A stretch of 64,000 nt of DNA from NCBI GenBank assembly GCA_027491115.1, contig JAIXWV010000041.1:7274-71273 (forward strand), in the 5' to 3' direction. Made by a program: the position numbers and the translations under genes. This stretch comes from Pseudomonadota bacterium. GTDB taxonomy: Bacteria > Bdellovibrionota > UBA1018 > CAIMNF01. Below are positions 46,659 to 56,292 of the stretch, in pieces; position 1 is the stretch's first letter; every line of letters starts with the position of its first letter. The notes beneath the pieces are model-generated. The model ran no database searches. It was not told the origin of the DNA and saw only the letters and a list, made by a program, of their open reading frames with translations.

Positions 46659-47608
46659 GAATTCTTCGGAGCATCGAAGAGCGACTTGGCGTTCAGAGCC
46701 ATCAGATCGCGCAGGTTCTTGCTCATCCCGTCGACCGATCCGTCGAAGAAGAGGATGTTCCCGGTCGAATTCTCACTGATGTTCTTCAAGGCCTCGGTCC
46801 ACATGGAGAAGAGGATGAAAGAAGCGTCGAGATTGCTTTTTTGCATCTCACCCGCCGCTGCGCTCATCCCACGGGCCACTTCCTCACGGAAGCGTGCGAC
46901 AGCTTGACCCCTCAGCATGGCCGCGTTCATTTCGGCCTCGGCTTGGATCCGGATCGCATTCCCTTCGGCTTCGGCAGCCTTGGTCTTGGTGATCAAGAGA
47001 GCCTGGCCTTCATTCTCGGCGGCCGCCTTCATGTTGTTCGCTGCAACCACCTTGCTCATGGAGCGCATGACTTCTTCGTCGAAGGTCACGTCGTTCACCT
47101 GCAGATCGATCAGGTGGTAACCCCACTCCTCGAGATGTTGATCCATGTTGTCCTTGACTGCGAGAGTGATCTCGGTCCGGAGCGAAAGGATCTCGGATTG
47201 GCGCTTGGTCGCCACGAAGGAACGGATGCTCCCCTCGACCGAACGGGAAAGGGTTTGCATGAAGCTCCGGTAGTCCATGAACTTGAACGCGACACTCTTG
47301 ACCGTCTCCTCGTCCGAATCCTTGACCGAATACAGGAGCATGGCTTTGAAGTTTACATTCGCCTGGTCCTGGGTCACCGCCTGGAACTGGAGCTCGATCG
47401 ATTGGTTTTGTAGAGAAATTTTGGAAAAAACTTGCTCGATCACCGGAATCTTGAAGTTCAACCCGGCGCGGAGGGTCCGCGAATACTTTCCGAAGAGTGT
47501 CAGAACCGTCACGGTGCCTTGCTGCACGGTCACAATCCCGGACACGAGAATCACGAACAGAACAATACCCAGAATCAACATTGCAGGAATCTCCATCAAT
47601 ATTTCCAT
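46655..47608 (-). CDS. SPFH/band-7 (stomatin/HflK/C-like) membrane protein
   Basis: N-terminal TM then an SPFH core (VQQGTVTVLTLFGKYSRTLRAGLNFKIPVIEQV...). Confidence 0.8.
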   Translation of the reverse strand: MEILMEIPAMLILGIVLFVILVSGIVTVQQGTVTVLTLFGKYSRTLRAGLNFKIPVIEQVFSKISLQNQSIELQFQAVTQDQANVNFKAMLLYSVKDSDEETVKSVAFKFMDYRSFMQTLSRSVEGSIRSFVATKRQSEILSLRTEITLAVKDNMDQHLEEWGYHLIDLQVNDVTFDEEVMRSMSKVVAANNMKAAAENEGQALLITKTKAAEAEGNAIRIQAEAEMNAAMLRGQAVARFREEVARGMSAAAGEMQKSNLDASFILFSMWTEALKNISENSTGNILFFDGSVDGMSKNLRDLMALNAKSLFDAPKNS

Positions 47609-47639
47609 AAATGCTCAGCCGAGAGCTTAATCCAAACAC

Positions 47640-48725
47640 CTACTTGCGCAAAACATAATCCGACCGGGCTCCATCGGGAGCCTTCCGGATGAACAAGCGC
47701 TGTTTCGCACCGATTCCAAATAAAACCTGTCTGACATCGGTGAGCACGGGACGCGATGCGTAATACCCATGACCGAGCCCGGTGAATCCGGGATCGTCGA
47801 CCTCGGACACATTCACGACATCGACCCCTTCCTGTCTGAGACAGGACCCGAGACGCTCCTGATGATTCACCTTTTTCGAGGCGGTCATTGCATGATCCTT
47901 GTCCGAGCAATACAAGGTGATGCGACCGGCAATCCACTTGAGTGATGGCAGAATCCGCCGAAACTCCTCCGGATCGAAATCAGGCGCATTCAACACCAGT
48001 TCTTGCACCACCACACGCCCGGGTTCGGAAGCCATACGGGACAAGGCGGGCAAAATCACTTCATGGCCCATCGAGTGAACCATGACCTGCACAGGAACCC
48101 AGAGTGAAGCCAACTCACGGAGTACCTGAATGGCGGGCTCGACACTTTGCAGGGCGTGCTTTCGATTCAGCTCGTAGGTCCGGTTGATCAAGGTTTGGGC
48201 CAGGAAACCACCGTTACCGCCGGCAGGCCACGAAAGCAAAAGCACTTTGCCCTGGAACTTTAAATCAAAGGCCAATTGGGCCGCCCTTTGCAGAGCCTCC
48301 TCGAAACGCACATTGAATCCGTGGGTAAAGACCAAGACTCCCCACTCCGAAGCTCCACCTAGCTGGAGTTTCCATTCCTCTAGGGTAAGCGGAACCCGAT
48401 CACCCACCCGAGTGGGCAACATTCCGACACCCCTCTCATCGGGCACCTGAACCCGGGTTTTCCCGAAGCTCAATGAACCCGATGGAAAAATCCCCTCTTG
48501 TTCGCGATTGGAGGCAAACCAAATCTCGACATCTCGCGAGCTCGTCCACTCTTCTAAAAAAGTCTTCGACTCTTCCTGGCCCATCAAGGCCCGGATGCGA
48601 CGAAGAGCACCGTCGGGAAGAGACGGTGGAGGGGGTGGAGGTGAAGAGCAGGAAGCAATCAGACTGAACAGACCGACCAGACCAATCGGTGCGAACTGGC
48701 CCGAGCAGAAAATCCGGATGAGCAT
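47640..48725 (-). CDS. Lipoprotein, alpha/beta hydrolase (DUF900-like esterase)
   Basis: Lipobox LIASCSS followed by a poly-Pro linker. HSMG nucleophile elbow. Confidence 0.6.
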   Translation of the reverse strand: MLIRIFCSGQFAPIGLVGLFSLIASCSSPPPPPPSLPDGALRRIRALMGQEESKTFLEEWTSSRDVEIWFASNREQEGIFPSGSLSFGKTRVQVPDERGVGMLPTRVGDRVPLTLEEWKLQLGGASEWGVLVFTHGFNVRFEEALQRAAQLAFDLKFQGKVLLLSWPAGGNGGFLAQTLINRTYELNRKHALQSVEPAIQVLRELASLWVPVQVMVHSMGHEVILPALSRMASEPGRVVVQELVLNAPDFDPEEFRRILPSLKWIAGRITLYCSDKDHAMTASKKVNHQERLGSCLRQEGVDVVNVSEVDDPGFTGLGHGYYASRPVLTDVRQVLFGIGAKQRLFIRKAPDGARSDYVLRK

Positions 48726-48750
48726 GATGATGAAACTCTAAATGTTGGGT

Positions 48751-48839
48751 TGGTGCCGAGGACCGGAATCGAACCGGTACGTCTGTTGCCAAACCCAGGA
48801 TTTTAAGTCCTGTGCGTCTACCAATTTCGCCACCCCGGC
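48751..48839 (-). tRNA. tRNA-Leu (anticodon TAA)
   Basis: The reverse complement folds as GCCGGGG...CTTAAAA anticodon loop with a long variable arm, GGTTCGATTCC T-arm and CCA end. Confidence 0.9.
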
Positions 48840-48895
48840 AATGAGGAACGGATGTCCACCAGTTTGCCCATGACCCGGAGCGTTTGCAAGACTCC

Positions 48896-50266
48896 TTATC
48901 CCTTGGTCTTCAAAAAATGCATCCGGACAGGGGTCCCAAGGTAGCCGTAATGCTCCCGGATCGCGCGAACCAGGTGCCGACTTAGACTGAAATGGATCTT
49001 TCGCGGGTCACTCACATGCGCCACAAAAGTCGGCGGGTTCCGCCCGGACTGATGGACGAAATAAAACTTTGCATTGTTCGGATTGTGGATCTCGGCCGCG
49101 TTCCTCAGGAACTCGGTAAGCTCCTTGGTCTGGATCTTGAGAGAACGCTGTTCGATCACGGCCTGGGCCACGCGGAAAAGACGGTCAAGACCGATCGAGT
49201 CCTTGGCGGTCGTGAAAACCAGCGGAGCGTAACCGAGGAAACGGATCTTCTTCCGGATCTCCTCCTCGGCGAGCTTCTGGGAAAACTCCTTGTTTCCGAC
49301 CTGGGTGTCCCACTTGTTGAGCACCAGGATCACACTGCAACCCATCTCTTCGATCAGTCCCGCGATCTTCTCGTCCTGCTCGTAGACCCCCTGCTCGCCA
49401 TCCATCACGAGGAATGCGAGATCGGCACGCTCGAGAGTTTTACGGGTTTGCACCACCGACAACACTTCGATCCCCTGCTCGGTCTTGTTCTTGCGTCGGA
49501 TCCCCGCGGTGTCGATCACGGTGAAGTCCTTGCCGTTCCAATTGATGTCGAGATCGATCGCATCAACCGTGGTTCCCGCGATGGGACTCACAATCGTACG
49601 CTTTTCGCCGCAAATCGCGTTCAAGAGCGTGCTTTTCCCGACATTGGGCTGTCCAACGATGGCAATCCGGGGAGTCCGCGGGACATAGACTTCCTCTTTC
49701 TCCGACTCGGTCTCATCATCGATTTCCTCCTCGGGCACCCCGGGCAGTGCTTCGGGATTCAGCAAATCGACCACCATTTCCTTCAACTCGTCGATCTGCA
49801 AGGCATGCTCCGCAGAAACCGGTAGCAAGCGGCCCACTCCAAGAGAGTAGAACTCAGCAAATCGTTCCTCGGCCAGATCGGAGTCCGCCTTGTTCAACAC
49901 CAGGATCACAGGGATCTTCTCACTGACTCCGGAGCGACGAAGCTCGGAAAAGACCTCTTCATCCGCATGGGTGAGGCCGACCTTAATGTCGACCACGAAA
50001 AGCACCACCGAAGCTTCCTTGAGTGCGGTATCGACCTGGAGGCGGATCTCCTCCTTGAACTGTCCCTCTCCGAGACCTCCGGTGTCGATGAGATTCACCG
50101 GATACTCCTTGGCACGAACCCAGAAACTGGCTGGTTCGACGATTCGGTCACGGGTCACACCCGGCGTATCGAGGACCAAAGCCCGCTTTCGACCCAGGAG
50201 ACGGTTGAACAGACTGCTTTTTCCGACATTGGGTCGCCCCACAATCACCACATTGATGGACATCAT
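48896..50266 (-). CDS. der: GTPase Der (EngA), two G-domains plus KH-like
   Basis: Two G1 motifs (GRPNVGKSS and GQPNVGKST). Confidence 0.95.
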   Translation of the reverse strand: MMSINVVIVGRPNVGKSSLFNRLLGRKRALVLDTPGVTRDRIVEPASFWVRAKEYPVNLIDTGGLGEGQFKEEIRLQVDTALKEASVVLFVVDIKVGLTHADEEVFSELRRSGVSEKIPVILVLNKADSDLAEERFAEFYSLGVGRLLPVSAEHALQIDELKEMVVDLLNPEALPGVPEEEIDDETESEKEEVYVPRTPRIAIVGQPNVGKSTLLNAICGEKRTIVSPIAGTTVDAIDLDINWNGKDFTVIDTAGIRRKNKTEQGIEVLSVVQTRKTLERADLAFLVMDGEQGVYEQDEKIAGLIEEMGCSVILVLNKWDTQVGNKEFSQKLAEEEIRKKIRFLGYAPLVFTTAKDSIGLDRLFRVAQAVIEQRSLKIQTKELTEFLRNAAEIHNPNNAKFYFVHQSGRNPPTFVAHVSDPRKIHFSLSRHLVRAIREHYGYLGTPVRMHFLKTKG

Positions 50267-51210
50267 CGTCTTTCCTTACCGGCCCGGGTCCCCTTGCCAT
50301 CGAACTCGTAACCCAACTGTTTCATCTTCCTGGACTCGGAGGTCCAACCTTCGAGCACTTTCACCCGGAGTTCGAGGAACACGCGTTCCCCGAGCAGTTC
50401 TTCGATCTCTTTCCGGGCGGCAGTACCGATCTCCTTGATCTTCTTGCCGCCGGCACCGATCACCATCCCCTTTTGACTCTCGCGTTCCACATAAATCAGT
50501 GCGGCAATTGCAACCGGCTTGAAATCCTCGCGATAGCTCTCAATCTCGACCGCGCAACTGTAGGGAAGCTCGTCTCCGAGTTTCATGAAGAGCTGCTTCC
50601 GGATCATCTCGGCGACCACGAAGCGGGAACTCCGGTCGGTCAGTGCATCAGGATCCTCGTACAGAGGAGGCCCGTCCGGAAGACGATCAAAAAGACCGGT
50701 GACCAGCTCGGGCACCCCCGTCTTTTTCTCGGCTGAAATCTGGATGGGAGAAAGGACTTCGACACCGGCACCGGTCAAAACAGTCCGGCACTCCTCGAAA
50801 TAGGTGGCCACCCACTCAAAACGCTCCGGCTCACGCTTGGTCAGGTCACACTTGTTCAAGACCGGTAGCACCGGGGCCTCCGACAAACGCAGGACCTCCA
50901 GCACCAACCTCTCGGCCTCGGGCTTGCTGAAAGGGTCGACCAAATAGAGTACCAAATCCGGACCCTCGAGTGCGCGCTTCACCTCTTGCATCATGAAAGC
51001 GTTGATTCCCCCTTCGCGTGCCCGATGGATCCCCGGGGTATCCACGAATACGATCTGCCCGCGCTCGTCCGACAGGATTCCGCGAATCTGATCCCGGGTG
51101 GTCTGGGCTTTGGGTGTGACGATCGAAATCGATTCACCCAAGACCGCATTCAAAAACGTGCTCTTCCCGGTATTCGGCCTTCCTACCAAAGCAATCACAC
51201 CCGACTTCAT
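50263..51210 (-). CDS. era: GTPase Era
   Basis: GRPNTGKST, DTPGIH and a C-terminal KH domain. ATG (51210) overlaps the rnc stop as ATGA. Confidence 0.9.
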   Translation of the reverse strand: MKSGVIALVGRPNTGKSTFLNAVLGESISIVTPKAQTTRDQIRGILSDERGQIVFVDTPGIHRAREGGINAFMMQEVKRALEGPDLVLYLVDPFSKPEAERLVLEVLRLSEAPVLPVLNKCDLTKREPERFEWVATYFEECRTVLTGAGVEVLSPIQISAEKKTGVPELVTGLFDRLPDGPPLYEDPDALTDRSSRFVVAEMIRKQLFMKLGDELPYSCAVEIESYREDFKPVAIAALIYVERESQKGMVIGAGGKKIKEIGTAARKEIEELLGERVFLELRVKVLEGWTSESRKMKQLGYEFDGKGTRAGKERR

Positions 51211-51941
51211 TTTTCGAATCCTCCGTCCAACTCCGGAAGCACCCGGAGGGCCTCGCAGGCCGCGTTCTGTTCCGCATTCTTCTTCGACGATCCCTCGCTC
51301 GAAGCCAGCACACGATCCTTGACCCGAACTTCCACCGTGAAAACCTTGGCATGATCCGGACCGTTCGATGCGATCAGGTGGTAAGTGGGGGTAAGTCGAT
51401 AACGACTCTGGATCAATTCCTGGAGACGCGTTTTGTGATCCTGGAATGAAATTGTGCAATTTTCGGCCCTGAACAAGGGAGCGAAGAGGTAGCGGACCAC
51501 GGGGTATACGGCATTGAATCCTCCATCGATGTAGATGGCGGCGATCAGCGCCTCGAACGCGCTCGACAGGATCGAGGCCTTCTCGTGACCGCCCGTCCGG
51601 GTCTCCCCTTTTCCAAGAAGCATGAGTCCACTCAGTCGAAGGCTCTTCGAGATCTCGCTCAGGGTCTTTTCGTTCACAACCGCAGCACGCATCTTCGAGA
51701 GCTGCCCCTCACTCGCTTCCGGGAACGCCTCCAAAAGAAGATCTGAAATCACCAATCCCAGAACCGAATCGCCGAGAAATTCTAGACGTTCATTGTTCCG
51801 TTGGACCGGCAACCGCTCCTGGTGATTCTCCTGACCGTAAGACACATGGGTCATCGCGAGGATCAACAGCCTCGGATCTCCGAACGGGTAACGGATCTGG
51901 TCCTGAAGTCCCTGAAGGGTCTGGGGTCTCTGATCAGGCAT
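51207..51941 (-). CDS. rnc: Ribonuclease III
   Basis: Signature ERLEFLGDSVLG and a C-terminal dsRBD. Confidence 0.9.
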   Translation of the reverse strand: MPDQRPQTLQGLQDQIRYPFGDPRLLILAMTHVSYGQENHQERLPVQRNNERLEFLGDSVLGLVISDLLLEAFPEASEGQLSKMRAAVVNEKTLSEISKSLRLSGLMLLGKGETRTGGHEKASILSSAFEALIAAIYIDGGFNAVYPVVRYLFAPLFRAENCTISFQDHKTRLQELIQSRYRLTPTYHLIASNGPDHAKVFTVEVRVKDRVLASSEGSSKKNAEQNAACEALRVLPELDGGFEK

Positions 51942-53358
51942 GGCACTCTCCAATCCAAGAAACCTCGCCTGAAGCGCGATCGACAAACCAACGGCCGATC
52001 CTCACCGGTACAATCCGGTTCCGGGTCAATCCGGGGGAAGACTCGCCCTCCGGAAAAAGCACTCTCTGATAGTCCGGAGAATAGCCTGCAAGCCAGGTTC
52101 TCGTTCCATCCGGTCCCTTCACGCGCCCTTCCACGAGGACGCCTTCGATTCGCTCCAAGCCACCAGCACGGATTTCAGAAAAACGACGGGTCATTCGATC
52201 GAGACTGAGTGACAGCAGGCGCCGGGCACGGAATTTTCTCACTGAAAAATCAACAGGGTCCGGAAGGCGTGTTGCCGGTGTCCCGGAGCGTTCGCTGTAG
52301 GGAAACACGTGGAGCCGCGACCAGTACCATCGACCGAGACGCTCTTCCATGGCCGAGAACTCCTCCTCGGATTCCCCCGGAAAGCCGGTGATCAGGTCCA
52401 TCCCGACGAAGGGTCTTCTCTTCATCGAACCCAGGCGTTCGAGGCAATCCTCCACTTCGGCCAAAGTGTACTTCCGCTTCATGAGCTTCAAAATTCGCGA
52501 CTCGGTGTGCTGGAGAGACACATGAAAATGGGGGCAGAAAGCATCATGCTCTTCCATCATGGAAATCATCCTTCCGGAGATTTCCGTCGGATCGAGGGAC
52601 CCGACCCTCAAACGCTCGATTCCCGAATGGATCAGAATGGACTCGATCAAATCATCGACCCGGGGCTGATCCGACCAATCGATCCCGTAATCCCCAATAT
52701 TGGTGCCGGTCAGGATGACTTCCCGGATGCCTTCGTCTTTCAAGCGTTTCACTTTTTCGACGATCTCGTCGATCCGGAGACTCCGGGCGGGGCCACGGCC
52801 ATAAGGAATCACACAATAGGTGCAAAAGGCGTTACACCCTTCTTGAACCTTGATGAACGCCCGGGTCCGGAAAGTGGATGCTCTGGGGTCGAGGCTCAGA
52901 ATCTCGTCGGCACCGGTGGAAGGCATGGCCCACTCACGGTCCATGGGATGGCGGGAGCGGAATTCCTGATATCCGCTCACCGTTCCGAGAATCTCAGGGT
53001 GAGAGGGCGCGGACTCGAGATGTTGCACGATCCGGTCCGCAGCGCGGTCCTTGTCTTGATTCCCGATCACCGCACTGACTCCGGGAATCTTCAATGCCGA
53101 TTCAGGATCGACTTCTGCGCCACAGCCGGTATAGATCACACGGACCGACGGATTCTTACGGGCCAGATCCCGGACGAGCTTTCTCGATTGCCGATCGGCT
53201 TCATCGGTCACTGTGCACGAGTTGACCACGATGACATCGGCGTCAGCGTCACTCACCGCCGGACTCCACCCGTGCTTCAGCAATCCGGCTTCGATCTGCT
53301 GACCGTCCGAGGAGTTCGCCTTGCATCCGAGAGTTTTGACAAGAAATTTCTGTTTCAT
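51934..53358 (-). CDS. MiaB-family radical-SAM methylthiotransferase (MiaB/MtaB-like; exact subtype unresolved)
   Basis: MTTase N-domain (LGCKAN), radical SAM CNAFCTYC, C-terminal TRAM. Start at the internal ATG overlapping the upstream gene stop. Confidence 0.8.
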   Translation of the reverse strand: MKQKFLVKTLGCKANSSDGQQIEAGLLKHGWSPAVSDADADVIVVNSCTVTDEADRQSRKLVRDLARKNPSVRVIYTGCGAEVDPESALKIPGVSAVIGNQDKDRAADRIVQHLESAPSHPEILGTVSGYQEFRSRHPMDREWAMPSTGADEILSLDPRASTFRTRAFIKVQEGCNAFCTYCVIPYGRGPARSLRIDEIVEKVKRLKDEGIREVILTGTNIGDYGIDWSDQPRVDDLIESILIHSGIERLRVGSLDPTEISGRMISMMEEHDAFCPHFHVSLQHTESRILKLMKRKYTLAEVEDCLERLGSMKRRPFVGMDLITGFPGESEEEFSAMEERLGRWYWSRLHVFPYSERSGTPATRLPDPVDFSVRKFRARRLLSLSLDRMTRRFSEIRAGGLERIEGVLVEGRVKGPDGTRTWLAGYSPDYQRVLFPEGESSPGLTRNRIVPVRIGRWFVDRASGEVSWIGECHA

Positions 53359-54392
53359 TTCATCACCAGAATCCTTGCACCACCGAGAATTTCCTGGTTT
53401 TCCACCCAAACCACACCCTGCCCTTTTTCGAGTGAGATTCCGGAAACCTTCACTGGCTCCTCGAAAGCCACCTTCAAACGACTGCCTTCATACTGGATCA
53501 ACCTCACCGGCAAGGGACGTTCCGCTCCTTGAAACAGAAGACCCGTCCGGACCTCCCTCATTCCCGGATCCGGTCTGACAAACCAGTAGGCCTCTTCCAA
53601 GTGCAACTCCTGATAGGCGGCAGCCGGATCCTCGACCACCTCCACCACCGACTCGGCCCGAAACAAGGCCTTGATCCGATAAGTCCGCTCCGGATGCAGG
53701 GGATGCTTCCAGACACCACCGGTTTCGAACAAATGCACTGGAGATTCCCCGAGAAGTTCCCGCGTATCGGACATGACTTTATAGAGACCACGACTCCGGC
53801 TGGACGGGATGAGCTCAGGATCGTTCGCCATCCTGTTCCAATCGATTTCAAATTCCCGGGTGATCTCCTCCGGAGCGACCTCTTGCGCCAGCTTCTCTAG
53901 CATGCTTGCCGGAATCGAACCGACAGGCAGCATCATCTTGGAGAGTTGACTCTGCCCGAACCCGGCTAAAAGCAATATCGCGTCCAGGTCGGATCCGGCA
54001 CCTTGAACCACACGGGTCAATCCAGCAGAGGGATCCTCTTGCAAGGTCACGGCATAGCCCCCGGCAATCCGGTCACTCTTAAACTGTTGTGCGGCCTCAA
54101 GCAGATGAGGGAGCAACACACGGTGGTGAAAAACAGCTTTCGGAGAAAATCGGGCACCTTTCGTATCCGCGACCTCGACCTCGAGCTTGCCAATCCTGAG
54201 CCATTCATCCCTGGAGGGGACCCGTTGGATCTGGAGTCCGAGTTTTCGTTCCAGTTCGAGCAATTTCTCGGCGTTTTTTTCGGATCCGCTCAGATCGAAA
54301 TGAATTCCACGGACCTGGAATCCTTGTTTCTTCAGGAGCCAGGCTGTGACCAGACTTTTCGGACCACCGCTGATCGCCACCAGGATCTTCAT
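53355..54392 (-). CDS. MnmA (tRNA 2-thiouridylase) homolog lacking all cysteines and the PP-loop Asp
   Basis: KILVAISGGPKSLVTAWLLKKQGFQVRG aligns to MnmA [28 protein letters not shown]. Later blocks (MLPVGSIP..LEKLAQEV; LGGARIL) also align. The protein contains zero Cys. Confidence 0.6.
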   Translation of the reverse strand: MKILVAISGGPKSLVTAWLLKKQGFQVRGIHFDLSGSEKNAEKLLELERKLGLQIQRVPSRDEWLRIGKLEVEVADTKGARFSPKAVFHHRVLLPHLLEAAQQFKSDRIAGGYAVTLQEDPSAGLTRVVQGAGSDLDAILLLAGFGQSQLSKMMLPVGSIPASMLEKLAQEVAPEEITREFEIDWNRMANDPELIPSSRSRGLYKVMSDTRELLGESPVHLFETGGVWKHPLHPERTYRIKALFRAESVVEVVEDPAAAYQELHLEEAYWFVRPDPGMREVRTGLLFQGAERPLPVRLIQYEGSRLKVAFEEPVKVSGISLEKGQGVVWVENQEILGGARILVMK

Positions 54393-55558
54393 GAGGCACG
54401 GCCTTTCTGCTCAAGGATCCCTGACAGGGCTTTCAGAAAACCTTCCACCTCTTCAGCATGGTTCGAGGGGCCGAATGAAACACGAATCGAGTTGAGCGCC
54501 GCTTCACGGTTCGCTCCCATGGACAGGAGCACTCTCGAAGGCTCGATGACTCTCGCCTTGCAAGCACTCCCGTGACTTACGGCGAATCCCCTCAAGTCGA
54601 GGAGCTCGATCCAATTTTCGTAAGACTGGAATTGTTTGAAGCTAAAGCGGGTGGTGTTCGAAATGCGCCGTTCCTGCCATCCCCAGATCTGAATGGTGGG
54701 ATCAATCCGGATGAGGCCCTCTTCAAGTCGGCGCTGCAAAAAACCGGTCCTCTGCTGAAAACCGGCAGGGTCGAGATCTTCGCATGCAAAACGTGTCGCC
54801 ATCATTCCGAGTAGATTCTCGGTCCCTCCGCGGAGCCCGCTATTCTGGGATCCTGTCAGCAATGGGGCGAGACCCGAACCCGGACGCTTCCAAATCAAAC
54901 CGGTTCCGGCAGGTGCACCGATTTTGTGTGCAGAAAAAGTGACATAATCCGCAGGTGTCCCCGGGACATCCAAAAGGATCTTTCCCCAGACCTGGGCTCC
55001 GTCGAGGTGCAAGCGCACCTCGATACCGGAATCGCGGATGATCCGGGACAATGGTGCCAGCGGAGTCAGTACGCCGGTTTCATTGTTCGCCCAGAACAGA
55101 CTGAGTCCGATCGATCGAAGTCCTCGGTCACGAGCTTCTTTCAACATCTCCGACAGGCGGGCCAAGTCGTAGGAACCCTCAGGAAGCAAGGGCAACTCGG
55201 CCTTGAATGAAACACCCAGTCCCTCGAGAAGATCGTGGCTGGCGGAATGCTCACCTGCACCGATGATCATTCCTTCCACGGTCCGCTCCAAGCTCCGGAT
55301 CACCGTCTGGTTCGCTTCCGTTCCGGAAGAAACCCAGACCAAGTCGTCGGGTGAAACCGCCTCCCCCAAGGTACGGGCCACCACCAGGGAGGCCTCGTAC
55401 ATGAGGTGCTGCATTTTCTGTCCCGGTCGATGCCGGCTGGATGGATTCGCCAGGAACAATTCCTCGTTCTCTAAGAACGAGATGAGACGATCCCTGACCG
55501 AATGACTGACGCCTGCGGAAGCGTTGTAATCAAGATAGTGGACGTTCTTTTGCCACAT
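54389..55558 (-). CDS. Cysteine desulfurase (NifS/IscS-like)
   Basis: PLP-lysine motif SFSAHKIGAP and active-site loop SHGSACKARVIEPSRVL. Confidence 0.85.
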   Translation of the reverse strand: MWQKNVHYLDYNASAGVSHSVRDRLISFLENEELFLANPSSRHRPGQKMQHLMYEASLVVARTLGEAVSPDDLVWVSSGTEANQTVIRSLERTVEGMIIGAGEHSASHDLLEGLGVSFKAELPLLPEGSYDLARLSEMLKEARDRGLRSIGLSLFWANNETGVLTPLAPLSRIIRDSGIEVRLHLDGAQVWGKILLDVPGTPADYVTFSAHKIGAPAGTGLIWKRPGSGLAPLLTGSQNSGLRGGTENLLGMMATRFACEDLDPAGFQQRTGFLQRRLEEGLIRIDPTIQIWGWQERRISNTTRFSFKQFQSYENWIELLDLRGFAVSHGSACKARVIEPSRVLLSMGANREAALNSIRVSFGPSNHAEEVEGFLKALSGILEQKGRAS

Positions 55559-56048
55559 CCGGCGTCACGCTTCCCGCTCCGGAAGAGCTGCCCCGGTTCA
55601 GCAACTGGGTTCCCGACTTGGGAAGCTCCTGTTGCCCGCGTGCCTTACGGATCAAGTCTCCCACACTGGTGGTGGTCAGATAATCCTGCATGATGGTTCC
55701 CAGGTTCTCGAAGTAAGACTTAGTGAGCACAAACTCAACCGTGTCGCTCTTCAGGTCGCCGCTTCCGATCAGGTCTTTAGCTGGGTTGATGTTTTCACCA
55801 ACCGAAGTCAGAACCTCTCGGACAGAAATCTCGTCCATGGTCCGGGACAGAACATATCCGCCCCCCGGTCCACGAACTGACTTCACCACAGCACCTTTAC
55901 GAAGTCTGCGGAACAGTTGCTCCAAATAATGGAGCGAAATGTTTTGACGCTCGGAAATCTCCTGCAAGCGAACAGGCTTCCCGTTCGAATGGAACGACAG
56001 ATCAAGAATGGCACGGACAGCATAACGGCCTTTGGATGTTAAACGCAT
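55530..56048 (-). CDS. Rrf2-family regulator without Cys cluster (CymR-like)
   Basis: MRLTSKGRYAVRAILDLS...ISLHYLEQLFRRLRKGAVVKSVRGPGGGY. RBS GGAGGT before the ATG at 56048. Confidence 0.75.
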   Translation of the reverse strand: MRLTSKGRYAVRAILDLSFHSNGKPVRLQEISERQNISLHYLEQLFRRLRKGAVVKSVRGPGGGYVLSRTMDEISVREVLTSVGENINPAKDLIGSGDLKSDTVEFVLTKSYFENLGTIMQDYLTTTSVGDLIRKARGQQELPKSGTQLLNRGSSSGAGSVTPDVAKERPLS

Positions 56049-56292
56049 CTGACTACCTCCTACGCGTTTTGGGGCATAATCTGAACTTCCGCTCGAATGA
56101 CACACCCGAGCGCAAAGGGGTTTTACCATTATTTGCTCACTCAAGTCAACTATATTGTCTCTATTGAATAAATTAAAATAAGCTCATTAATTCAGTTACT
56201 TATCTAAACAAAAACAGAAACCGTCAACTTCGTAACGTTTTGCTCTACAGAAATTCCTGATCCATCCGATCAGATCTCGAGGGATTTTTGAC

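Noticed and set aside
45666-46907. 413-aa plus-strand ORF
   Set aside because: Lies antisense to the alpha/beta hydrolase and SPFH genes. No domain content. Artefact of high GC.
52309-53532. 407-aa plus-strand ORF
   Set aside because: Antisense to the radical-SAM methylthiotransferase gene.
56049-56292. AT-rich divergent region upstream of the CymR-like Rrf2 gene, AATTAA-containing near-palindromes
   Set aside because: Only short, imperfect repeats. Cannot be distinguished from generic AT-rich promoter DNA by eye.
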